Origin: Chiloscyllium plagiosum
Lineage: Eukaryota
Assembly: GCF_004010195.1 (NCBI RefSeq)
Contig: NW_025214960.1
Coordinates: forward strand, 1 to 34,460
Direction of reading: 5' to 3'
DNA length: 34,460 nt
The notes under the pieces are model-generated. The model searched no databases. It was not told where the DNA came from and worked only from the letters and a program-made list of their open reading frames with translations. Shown here in pieces: positions 9,421 to 19,636 of this stretch (the stretch's first letter is position 1; every line of letters starts with the position of its first letter). Position numbers and translations under genes: made by a program.

Positions 9421-12400
9421 GTTTAATTAATGATGGATATGAATAGATATATATCGCAGAGCATGAAGTATCGTTGGGAGAAAGGTCATTATGATGCGAT
9501 TTTGCAAAAGTTAGGATGCACCGGATGGGGAAAGTAACTGTAGGGGTTGTGCACACCTGCAATATGGAGCTTGTTCAGGGAAGAGCTACTGCATGTCCTT
9601 GATAATTATCTATGCGTCATGCAGAGAATGCGAGTTCGAGACAGGGAGCCGTGTTTACTGAAGGAGCTGAATCTCTTGTCAAGAGGGAGAAGGAGGCGTA
9701 CGTAAACATGAGATATGAAGGCTGAGGCAGGGCGCTTGAGAATTAAAAGCTAGCCAGGAAGGTCTTCAAGAGAGAGCTACTTAGAGCGAAGGGGGCATGA
9801 GAAGTCTCCGGCTGGCAGGATCAATGAAAACTCTGAAGCTTTCTATTGATATTTCAAGAATAAAAGAATGTCTAGGATTTTATTTGGACCTGTCAAGAAC
9901 AGCAGTTGCAAGTTGTAAGCGGAGTCCAAGAATAGGATAGGTGCTGAATGTATATTTTTCATCATATCACAAATGAAAAAGACAATGTTGTCGAAGAGAA
10001 TATGGACATGCAACCTATTAGAATAAAGGAGATTGATATTCATAAAGAGGAGCTGTTCGCAATTCTTGAAAGTCTGAAAATAGTTTTATTCCCTGGGCTT
10101 GATGGGATGTATCCTAGGATTATCGGCTAATCGTGGGAATAGATTGCTGAACCTTTGACTATGAACTTTATTTCGTCAGTGTCTGTGTGATCAGTGTGAG
10201 AAGACTCGAGTTGAGCAAATATTGTCACCTTCTTCACGAAGATGAGTAGAAACAACCCTGGTAATAATAGAACAGTGAGCCTTAATTTCCTTGTGGGGAA
10301 AATTTTGGATATGATTATGAGAGATAGGATTTATGATCATCTAAAGAGGAAGAAGATGATTCCCGTAGTCAACACGATTTTGTGAATAGTAGATTGTGTC
10401 TCACAAACCTTATTGAGCTCTTTGAGAAAGTGAGCAAACAGGTGGATGAGAGTAAAGTGGTTGATGTCGTGGATATGGTTTTCGCAAGACACGGTCGGCT
10501 GTTGAATAAAGTACAGAAACATGAGATTGAGGGTGATTTAGCGGTATGGATCAGCAATTGGCTCGCTGAAGGAAGACAGAATGTGGTAGTTGATGGGAAA
10601 TTTTCATTCTGGAGTTCAATTCACTCATGGTGTATCACAAGGTTCCTTTTTGGATCCACTGAAGTTTATCATTTGTATAAATGACCTAGATTAGAGCATG
10701 AATTGATGGCTTAGTGAATTTGCAGATGACACTAAGCACTATGGAGTTGCCAACAGTGTCAAAGTCTGCTTAAGTTTACAGAGGGACATGGATAGTCTGC
10801 AGAGCTGAGCTCAGAGGTGGCAAATGGAGTTTAATGTGGAAAAGTGTGACATCATTTACTTTGGAAGGAGCAACAAGAATAAAGAGTTCTGGGCTAATTG
10901 TCATATTCTTGTAAGTTTAGATGAGCAGTGAGATCTCGGTGCCCATGTACATAAAATTCTGAAAGTTACTACCCACGTTGATAGGCTTGCTTGCAAGGAG
11001 CACGGTATGTTCGTTTTTTTATTGGGAGAGGGATTGGCTTTCGGAGCTCGGTGATCACTTTGCAGCTCCAGAAATTCTCAGATGTGGCCGCACTTGCAGA
11101 GTTGCGTGCAGTTCTGGTCGCCACATTATTGGATGGATGTGAAAGCATTGGAAAGGATGTAGAGTAGATTTCCTAGGATGTTGCCTTCTGCGGAGGGAAT
11201 GTCTTCTGAGGAAAGGCTGAGGGACTTGAGGCTTTTTCATAGAGACAAGAATTAATATACACATAGAAGATGATCAGAGGCTGCTGTAAGGTGAACGATG
11301 AAGGCCTTTTTCTGCAAATGGAAATGGTTGGCATAAGGGCACATCGATGTAAATTGAAAGTGATAGATGCCCGAGGTTGGTTCCTTTCTCAGAGAGTGGT
11401 AATGTGCTGAACGCCTTGCCTTCAAGAATCGTAGACTCACCAACTTTCAGGGCAATTAAATGGTCATTGGATAAACTTACGGCTTATCATGGTAAAATGC
11501 TGGTCAGATGGACTGAAGATTGGTATCACAGGTCGGTGCAACATTAGGGCCAAAGGAACTACATTGCGGTGTCATATTTAGTGTTTGAAATGTTTTTTTT
11601 AGTTTGAAGTTGCAATTGTCTCTTTTCACTATCAGTAAAATCAAAACTTGGCGAGGATAGAATGCACAACTTTGGCAGCTCGTGCACTTCCATTCTGTCT
11701 TGCAAGTACAGCAAGCTGACGAATTGTACCACAGGAGCTGCCATGTACTGATGATTAACGGCTTCTGATCTTACCAATGTGCCCCTCAAACCAGTTATTC
11801 AATTTTTGCTATGGATCTGAAATGGAACACAGTGGAGAGAAGGTTACTGATAATGGAACATTGATTATGGAGTATCATGTTCAGGAAAATGACATATAAA
11901 AATATGGTTAAAAATAGGCATTACCGGATACTGTGTACATTTTCCGTGGCTTTCTGCGTTGATCACTGGCAATGTTATGTTGCCACTTTACTGGGGTTTT
12001 CCTTCTATCGGCTTCAATTCGTCAGAGAATTCCATTCACTGACACTTCAACAACTTCCTTTGGAATGTTCATACGACACAATGAGCCACACTGCTCACCA
12101 CGGCAACAAACTTCAGAATTACTTCATCCAAGAGCACGTTGCATGTCTTATTTTATAAATAGAGAAGCTGGAATAACGTTATGCAAGGTTAAATTAAATT
12201 TCAGTTTAATTCGTAAAGTCGCAAGAATCCAGAGTGAGATTCAAAATGAAATTCATGTTCATTACCTTGGCTAGATTTCCAGCCCAGCAAAGGGGAAACC
12301 TGTCCCTAAATCCCCAGCATCCATGTAATCGCTTGCTCCATGTGCCCACTTGGAAACCTATGTGAAGGAACGTTCAGCCTGACAGAGAACCTGTGAGAAT

Positions 12401-12846
12401 CCTCCACTGTCTGATCGAAAGCTGAAACAGGGGCTGTCTATTTCAGCCGGGAGGGAAGCGAGGTGGAGGTGAGAACAAAATATTCCTTGGTGTATATTCA
12501 CATTCTAGTCATTGTGATTGTTTGAAAACCTGGGCCAGAAATGGCACAGACAGAAAGGAGCAGAAGCACGCCTTTCTTAACACCGCTCCTGCCTCACCAC
12601 GCCATTTGATATCATCATGGCTGACACAGCAATTTTATGTCTTTTTCCAGCATATCCACAGCATCTTGTTGCCTATTGGCTAACATATATTTATCGATAT
12701 CTATCATAAAGAGACATCGAAATTGTTCATTTGTGAGAGGAAAATGTTGCGTTTCGAGACAGTTGGGTTTCTGCACGAATACTGTAGATTTTGCACCTGA
12801 GCCGCCTCGTCTGTTCTGACCACATTTCAAGCCATAAACTGAAACT

Positions 12847-12938
12847 CGACTCTGATGCGATTTTAGCCCACAGTCTTTGAATCGCAACCTTAACAAATAG
12901 ATAGAAGTTCAACCTGCTTTCTGTTGCGCCAGAGACAC
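12847..12938 (-). pseudogene. Intron-containing tRNA-Arg(TCT) pseudogene
   Basis: Minus strand: GTGTCTCTGGCGCAACAGAAAGCAGGTTGAACTTCTA[19-nt intron 12883-12901]ATTCAAAGACTGTGGGCTAAAATCGCATCAGAGTCG, collinear with vertebrate tRNA-Arg-TCT. Anticodon at 12903-12905, intron at the canonical 37/38 position, T-loop destroyed. Confidence 0.85.
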
Positions 12939-13019
12939 GCCAGCTGCTACCTTTAAGCACATAAGTTTGCCTTTGACACATTGTGTTCGGGGCACCCATC
13001 ATGCATCTGTCCTCGTCAT

Positions 13020-13340
13020 ACTTTCCAATATCTGGTCCTTATCCAGGTGTGCTCTGGCTCTTCAACTGTTCGGCTACATACTGCTGAAATGTTCTCATGA
13101 CACCTAGCTTTACCACACGTTCAGATAATAAATTCCAGATAAACAACACTCTATGGATGAAAGCGTTCTTCCTTAATCTACTCTAAACCTCTTGTCTCCT
13201 GCTTTACATCTATGTCACTGGTTATTATTCTTTCCCATAACAGGCTTATTCCTGTCATACATATCTATTCTCTTCATAAAATGTGCACGTTAATAGGTTT
13301 CTCACAAACCTTTTCTGCGCTTAGATATACAGTCCCAGCA
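13020..13340 (-). mobile_element. Old CR1 ORF2 3' fragment
   Basis: Reverse complement reads ...KNAFIHRVLFIWNLLSE..., a decayed version of the FxxRVVxxWNxLP CR1 C-terminal motif. Confidence 0.55.
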
Positions 13341-13489
13341 TATCTCGCCTACCTTCAAAATGGGAATGGTCCAGCCCTTGGCATACTTTTCATCCCCTGC
13401 GAACACCTCCTCCTGCAATCAGACGCTTCCTGCAGAATGGCGATTACAACGGAAAAAAATAAATTTCTCTGAAGGAAAGCGAAAATGTC

Positions 13490-13790
13490 TAAAGAAAATC
13501 ACCAGCTCTTGTCCAGCTATGATGAGAAAGGAGAGTGAACGCTTTGAGTCCAATGATCCGTCTTCGGAACTGATGTGATGTGCGGGTGGGTGAAGAATTT
13601 GGAAGAGGGTGGAGGGGTTTTAAAACGATTGAACTCGATGTTGGGTCCGAAAGGTTTCCTTGTCTGTCAGTAGAAATTAAGTTGCCGTTCTTCCAGCTTG
13701 TGATGTTGAAGTGAAAGGAGACTGGAAGACTGGGATAATCTTTATTGATTTTGGACAGAACATAAGTGATCTCAGCTTTGTCGCCAACAC
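13490..13790 (-). mobile_element. Old Penelope-like element 3' fragment
   Basis: Minus strand HKLEERQLNFY*QTRKPFGPNIEF resembles the PLE GIY-YIG C-terminus. It is followed by a decayed hammerhead-like terminus (CCGAAGA-CGGATCATTGGACTC-AAAGCGTT). Confidence 0.6.
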
Positions 13791-13931
13791 TGTTTTCCTC
13801 TCTCCATTGTAAAGTGATCATATTTTGTGCAGGAAATACAGTTGCCTAGATTGAATGAAGTGCACACAAATCATTGGCACATGTGTCTGGAATCTTCCAC
13901 AGCGAGGATAGACCGGCAGGTAATGTAGCTT

Positions 13932-14005
13932 ACAACATAGAACGTTACAGTGCAGTACAGGCACTCCGGCCCTCGGTGTTGCACCGACCTGTGAAAATAA
14001 TGTGA
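13932..14005 (-). mobile_element. CR1 extreme 3' tail
   Basis: Reverse complement GGTCGGTGCAACACCGAGGGCCGGAGTGCCTGTACTGCACTGTAACGTTCTATGTT is the same tail family as 11530-11575. Confidence 0.75.
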
Positions 14006-14012
14006 TGTCCAT

Positions 14013-14337
14013 TTCAATGGAAAATTAAAATTTATTTTGAAACCACTGAAAACATAGGGAAACAAAGAAGCAAAGGCTTGACTTTGCAGAGGGCAAGTAT
14101 TGCAGACAGACGAAAAAAACCTGTAAAGTTAAACCGAAATAATAGCAGAGTAACAAGGCCAGTAAACTACCACATCAACAGTCAAGGAATGAAAAGACAA
14201 GACCATATCTGAAAAGGAACTTGAACGTTTCAGGTTCCTGACCTTGGAGTGTTGAGAAGAAAAAGCGAATTACAGTATAAAGGGAACATGTGAAAGCTAT
14301 CAGGCACCCATTACATGATGCGTCTGGCCAATGTATT
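14013..14337 (+). repeat. ERV 5' LTR, truncated at its 3' end (R/U5 and PBS missing)
   Basis: Aligns with 19637-20028 (AATGGAAAATTAA...AAGTATTGCAGACAGAC...TCAACAGTCAAGGAATGA...CCAATGTAT) at roughly 80% identity by eye, then jumps directly into late gag. Confidence 0.9.
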
Positions 14338-14700
14338 ACCTGGGACACGGAAAAGTTGAATTTGATAGAACAACAAGCGGTTCATGCTGAAAATGTGCTG
14401 GTCCAAGAGAAAGATAAACGGAAATTAAAGTTGGAACAGTAAGCACATAAAGCTCAGCTTATTGTTATGCAAATGGTCGCCCAGCCTTTGGAGGGAGGTG
14501 ATGCGTGGAAAGAGAGGCTGGCAGAGGTCGATCTGGCGGGTGCTTTGTTTGCGGAGCAATGGAGCACTGAGTGAGGCATTGCCCGCACAGACAGCCTCAG
14601 TCGGCCCTGGAAGCTGGACAGCAGGGTGACTGACAGACGAAGGCTAAGGTGGAGGTGGGCAGCCCACAAGGAACAGGTAAGCCTCTTGGCTTTATTTTGG
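14338..14700 (+). pseudogene. gag: gag C-terminal remnant with nucleocapsid zinc knuckle
   Basis: 14541-14582 encodes CFVCGAMEH*VRHC (Cx2Cx4Hx4C). It is preceded by the charged helix WDTEKLNLIEQQAVHAENVLVQEKDKRKLKLEQ. Confidence 0.8.
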
Positions 14701-14829
14701 CAACGAAGCCTCGCTTATGCTAATCTCTTCTACTAACCTTACAGGCACTGAAACATGTCCCACTTCTATATTGAGCGCTGAGATTGCAAAGCGTGGACCA
14801 TATTTTCAGTAAAACGATGATGCATATAA

Positions 14830-15150
14830 GTCAATGCCTTCCTCACTATTATATGTTAGCCAGTTACCTTTTTGGTAGATACAGGGGCAACATAGTCCGT
14901 CCTTAAATCAAGGCAGTTCAGAAAGTCAACGCCAAGAAAGCTGAGTAGAACGTTACTGAACTCAATGGGTACTTCAGGGGTCGTGATACGGGTGAGATTT
15001 ATCACACCCCTATTGTGCAAAACCAGAAATGGGGAAACATTCCAATTCTCATTTCTGTTATCGGAGTTCTGTTCTTTAAATCTGATGTCTCAGGATCTCA
15101 TAGTGAGACTGGGATCGGATTTGCTCAGTACCCCGATGTGCTTGCAGGTA
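14830..15150 (+). pseudogene. pro: Retroviral aspartic protease remnant
   Basis: VTFLVDTGAT*SVL (DTG at 14878-14886) and LNLMSQDLIVRLG, a decayed NLLGRD motif. Confidence 0.9.
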
Positions 15151-15214
15151 ATACAAAAAGAAGATTTACCAGTGCAGGATGTAAAATCCGACTCACGTCC
15201 ACTGATGCATGTCT

Positions 15215-15740
15215 ATGAGTGGCGATTATGCCAGAGAGCGATAGTTCAGTGAGCGATTCACTCGCTCAGTAAGCAAGTATCCATGTTAATCCCATTAACA
15301 TAGATTTTCGTGATGGGGGTATGCTGCATTGCACAGCAAACATTCATCGCAATGGCCCTGACAAATCATATGAGATGGATTGGTTCAGGAGATTGGTTAA
15401 ATCAGATCAGTCGTTATTGTGCGAATTTTATTGGAATTATCACAGATGTGCAGTCAATGTAAATTTATCGAAAGTATCTGTAACGGCAAGTAGACCATGC
15501 TTTTTTGATGTGGGGGGTTCTTTTCCTCAAGTATCATAGGGGAAGGCATCCAAGCGACAGGTGGCAAGATTTAGGACCATGGGTACGACAAACACAAACA
15601 TCGAAAGATTGTGTCTTCAGGGACGATGTGGGTATCTGCTTCAATGCAGATATGTGGACATATAAGGAGAAACTGAATTGGCTAACTCAGGCAGATAGGG
15701 CAGTCCAGGTAACTCCCACTAGCAAGGTAGTCTGGCATTT
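15215..15740 (+). pseudogene. Candidate 2H-phosphoesterase domain between protease and RT
   Basis: LHCTA (His codon 15327) and FPQVS* (15525-15539; decayed PHVSL), 67 codons apart, then WQDLGPWV after a frameshift. Confidence 0.65.
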
Positions 15741-15759
15741 AGCTATGGTAGATGTCACA

Positions 15760-16400
15760 GACCCAAAATTAGAAAGGGTCCCTACAGAGTTCAGTGCAAA
15801 AAGCAAACATGATGCGGGGCTCATACGAGGTTATGAACCCATAAGAATAATCCCAAAGTCTGAGTATCGTCCTTGCAGAGAACAAGGCACCTTAAAACCT
15901 GAGGCTATGGTCGGAATTACTCCAGTCTTTGAATCCCTCCTAAAGGCTGGTTTGATAATCTCTTGTGGATAATCACCGGTGAGAAACACCACTTTTCCGT
16001 CAAAAAGGCAAACATTCCAGGTGAATCGGGGGAATGGAGGCTTTTCGGCTAAACTAGATCCCGTAGCGGCAGGACTGTCTAAATGCCTGCGACCCGTGGC
16101 TGCAGCTGAAAAGGCTGTTGTAGGGTGCAGGGACATAGGCGGATACATTGAATTAACCCTACTGATCCCACATGCAGTACCTTAATACTTTCCGAGCAAA
16201 ACACAGCACACATGTCGGCAGCACGTTGAGTCAGATACAAAACCGTGTTATTGGAGATGCTTAACATTAAACTAAGAGATGTAACGTCCTTTACCCTGCT
16301 AGCCTTCTCCCCACAGAAGGAGACGAGACCCACATGACTGTGTCGCTGTAATTAATGAAATTTACAGCCCTAGACCAGATGTGCAGGAATCAACAATTTC
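15760..16400 (+). pseudogene. pol: RT N-terminus fused by deletion to the connection/tether domain
   Basis: DAGLIRGYEPIRIIPKSEYRP...LKPEAMVGITPVFESLLKAGLI..SPVR runs directly (~16030) into FSAKLDPVAAGLSKCLRPVAAA...LTLLIPHAV. No LPQG or YxDD motif is present. Confidence 0.88.
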
Positions 16401-16416
16401 AATCTGGGTATGGCGT

Positions 16417-16845
16417 TTCTTTGTGGATGGGTCAACATTCAGGAGCAAAGAGACAGGCCAGAATTGTGTTGGGTATGCTGTAGTAAATACCCACGAAGTA
16501 GTCAAACCGGGGTCACTCCCTTCTCATCTGTCAGCGCAAACAGCAGAGCTGATTGCCTTGACAAATGCATGTAAATTGGCTGAGGGAAGGACAGTGAATA
16601 TTTTCCCCGATAGCAATTTTGCATTCGGCGTTGTACATAATTTTGGAAAGCTGTGGAAATACAGGGGCTTCTTGAACTCCCCTGGAAAACCCATCACACG
16701 CCGTGGCCTGATTTCTGACCTCCTGGAAGCTGTCCTATTGCCGAAATCTATCGCTGTATGTAAATGTGAAGCACACACGAAAAAGTATGATTCCATTTCT
16801 CAAGGCAGTGCGAATGCATACTCAGCGGCAAGAGCGGCAGCCCAG
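16417..16845 (+). pseudogene. pol: RNase H domain
   Basis: ORF 16381-16881: FFVDGS, GYAVV, SAQTAELIAL, VNIFPDSNFAFGVVH, LWKYRGFL, KCEAHT. Confidence 0.95.
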
Positions 16846-16949
16846 CAGCCGCCATGTAATCAGTTTGACAGTTGTATGTAAAATATTTGTAACCCGACAG
16901 CAGACATATAGGAGTTACAGTCGCAGGCCAAGCCGGAGGAGAAGCGTGA

Positions 16950-17975
16950 GTCGACAAGGGCAGGGTGCAGAATGAGAGATGGGGTGTGGTGTGGCCCCAA
17001 TGGTAAACCCTGTCTACCACGATCATTATTCCCATTATATGCCAAAATAACAAACGGTAAGGAGCATGTATCAAACGGGGAGATGTACGACAGTATTTCA
17101 GCACACTGGTATACTCAGGATTTACTCATTATTCCTCAAAATATTTTGAATGATGTATTACCTGTGCCACTAATAATGTGGAGAGGGGAAGACAGATGAG
17201 TCAGGCAGAACACCCCCAATCCCAAAGACACTTTGAACATTTACAGATGGACTTTATTGAACTAGCATCCGGAGTAGGTAAAAGGCATTGTCTGGTCATA
17301 GTTGATACGTTTTTCAAATGGGTAGACGCGCTGCCCACGTCTAAACAGGATGTCAATGCAGTTACCAAGGACTTGCTAACAGAAATAATTCCGAAATGTG
17401 GTATCCATTTGTCAATATTGACCTACCGATCAATGATTACTTAGGAATAAACGTGAGACAACACTATGCCTACCACCCAGCGAGCGGTGGGGCAGTGGAA
17501 AGAGAGAATGCTACCCGAAAAAAATAAATTGACTAAATGTGAGGAACTAGGCATGACATGGAAAAAGGCACTTCCAATTGTGCTAATATATGAGATCTAG
17601 ATGGCGAGGAAGAGCTAATCTTAGCGCGTTTGAGATTGTGTTTGGTAGGCCGCCCAATACAGGAATTGGCCCAAGACGTATGATAAGACAGATAACATAC
17701 CACTGTGAGGATGAGATGTTATGTTACTTTATAAAATTCTCTACGCTTTTGTCTCAAATACAGAATCACTTGAAGTCAGCACTACCCCAATAGGCAGAAG
17801 GGAAGAAACTCGACCTAGAACCTGGAGACTGGATAGTGGTGAAAGACGTCAGGAGGAAAAGCTTGAAGGTGAAGAGGTGGCTTGGAACGTTTCAGGTGCT
17901 CCTTACAACACAGACAACTGTAAAGATCGCCGGAAGAGACACGTGGATACACATCAGTCATTGCAAACGTGTAGC
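16950..17975 (+). pseudogene. pol: Integrase remnant
   Basis: HFEHLQMDFIEL, LVIVDTFFKWVDA, EIIPKCGI|HF (SDNG deleted), AYHPASGGAVEREN, PGDWIVVK...RWLGTFQVLLTTQTTVKI...WIHISHCKRV. Confidence 0.93.
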
Positions 17976-18039
17976 TGGACTTGAGGAGACATCTGACAAC
18001 ACTGGAACCAAAAAAAGTGCAAGTAGTGATTTGAAGCCT

Positions 18040-19350
18040 CATACCCGACGCTCCGTGAAGGCAGGGGTGTCTGGGACACAGTCACAGGCGGTAATCGTAA
18101 CCGATGATGTTAACGTGAGGTTTACATGCGCCCATGACCGTTTAGTAACCATCGCGACTATAAATAGGACGACAAGTATTTATGCAATGATCCTTGTGGT
18201 CCCAGTGACTAGCACTTAGTGGTAGCCACCACGGCTACAGGGACATCTGACATGGGAAATAGATATTCTATTATCAATGAATCAATGAAGGAGGTGCCAT
18301 GGCACGGGTAATAATAAGAAAGTCTCAGAAGAGCAACGAGGGAGCCTGGTGGTGTGGAAGAGATAGACCCTTCTCCGACATCTATAGACAGGTGAATATA
18401 GTGGAACAGCACCCCCACCCCCCCACCACCGAGATGCATTGCAGAAGGTCCTACAGGAAATAGTAGAATCAGGGCAAGGCAACCATTCAAACCAAATCAT
18501 GGACCTAACCCCAAGCAGGGTAGAGAGCATTCATGTAACGCCAGAACCTGTAGGGAGTTGGTCGGATCTCAGAAGCAAGTCTAACTCGATAATGGAATTG
18601 ACCCTTCATGCAATAAATGGTGTAAATGCGATGCCACTAAGTTGGGAGGTGCGAAGGGCCATCGCTAGATGTGAAGGGAACAGAACGTATGCCTTGGGCC
18701 TAACGCCACATCGGAAATTAGAGGTTAGCTACCCTTGTTGGATATGTTTGCAAACAGCCCAACGATGGTCTGTCAAACAAATTACAGAGGGCCTAGCACG
18801 AAATGTTAGCTGCCTGATTCCGTTGGCGGGGACTACACTGGACACCCCACGACATTGAAATGGGTACACACTCGCAGAACCCTGGACTACACTAGGAGTG
18901 AACATTGGGTGGTACATTCTCTTGGGAGCAGGGACAATGGTGGCATTCAACAAGATGAATGGTCTCGCATATAATATATTACTGTTAGCAGAAGAGACGC
19001 ACGAAGGCCTAACCCTTGTCAATACTGAGTTAACGACATGAAGTGAAGCAGTGACACAAAATCGAATAGTACTAGACATACTGACGGCCGAGAGAGGGGG
19101 CGATTGTTAAACGTTAGGTACTTCATGCTGTTTTAATATTACTGATGAGTTCCAGAATATCACTAGTGTAATAAATCATATGAAGGCGGCAATAAGACCG
19201 CCTCCCCAGCAGATGACACCTGGTTCCAATGGCTTACCACACTTTGGGGAAGATGGGATTATTGGATTCTACATGCTCTACTAGTTGTAGGCCTGGTCTT
19301 ACACACGGTGCTTTGTATATGACGCTGCTTGTGTACCTGCCTACGGCATT
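18040..19350 (+). pseudogene. env: Gamma-type envelope remnant (SU + TM)
   Basis: SU CWIC motif (18736-18747). TM heptad region, immunosuppressive-domain-like QNRIVLDILTAERGG (from 19057) and CX6CC (C*TLGTSCC, 19105-19131). Trp-rich membrane-proximal and hydrophobic segments follow a frameshift. Confidence 0.9.
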
Positions 19351-19622
19351 GGCTTATGAGTGCAGCGGAATACCGAATGGTAAAACGATCAAAGACCCCA
19401 CAGCAGGAAGTTCCGATTGCATTGATCCCACCATGCTGTAACGTTGAAGAGTATTACGTATGAAAAATGGGCTATATACAGGGCACACCAGGGCAAGGGA
19501 CGTTACCATAAGAAAGCTGTTTGCACAGGTAGCTGGTGTCTGAGGAAAGACTGGGACGCTAAGAATTTTGATGCATAGCTGTCTGGCTCGGTACACTTTT
19601 TTCATTGTCGTCATAAAATGAC

Positions 19623-19636
19623 AAAAACGGAGGAAA
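19623..19636 (+). promoter_or_regulatory. Polypurine tract
   Basis: AAAAACGGAGGAAA lies immediately before the TG start of the 3' LTR. Confidence 0.75.

Larger units (their letters stand above)
6103..11575 (+). mobile_element. Near-full-length degenerate CR1-clade LINE (ORF1 + ORF2 + 3' UTR), interrupted by nested insertions
   Basis: ORF1 N-terminal Cys/leucine-zipper remnant (FCRMWEVR...TCAQFQLL...VRELELD) and SGNH esterase motifs (VIGDSIVR, VCCLP, VHICTNN, KQDGLHLN). ORF2 APE motifs (LKCVYFNA, VVAISET, RGGDVALLV, VVVMGN, LDLVL) and RT motifs (PGLDG, CLTNL, QGS, EFADDTK at ~10716). CR1-type 3' tail GGTCGGTGCAACATTAGGGCC. Confidence 0.9.

Noticed and set aside
14005..14345. ERV primer-binding site and target-site duplication
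   Set aside because: The 5' LTR lacks U5 and runs into gag, so there is no PBS. The flanks (GTCCAT / ATACGA) show no convincing 4-6 bp duplication.
16381..16881. Open RNase H ORF as a domesticated gene
   Set aside because: GTG start within pol, surrounded by frameshifts and stops. The last catalytic Asp motif is decayed (GSANAY instead of GNxxAD).
18439..19350. Syncytin-like co-opted env
   Set aside because: Stops at 18856, ~19039 and within CX6CC, frameshifts, and no signal peptide or furin site.
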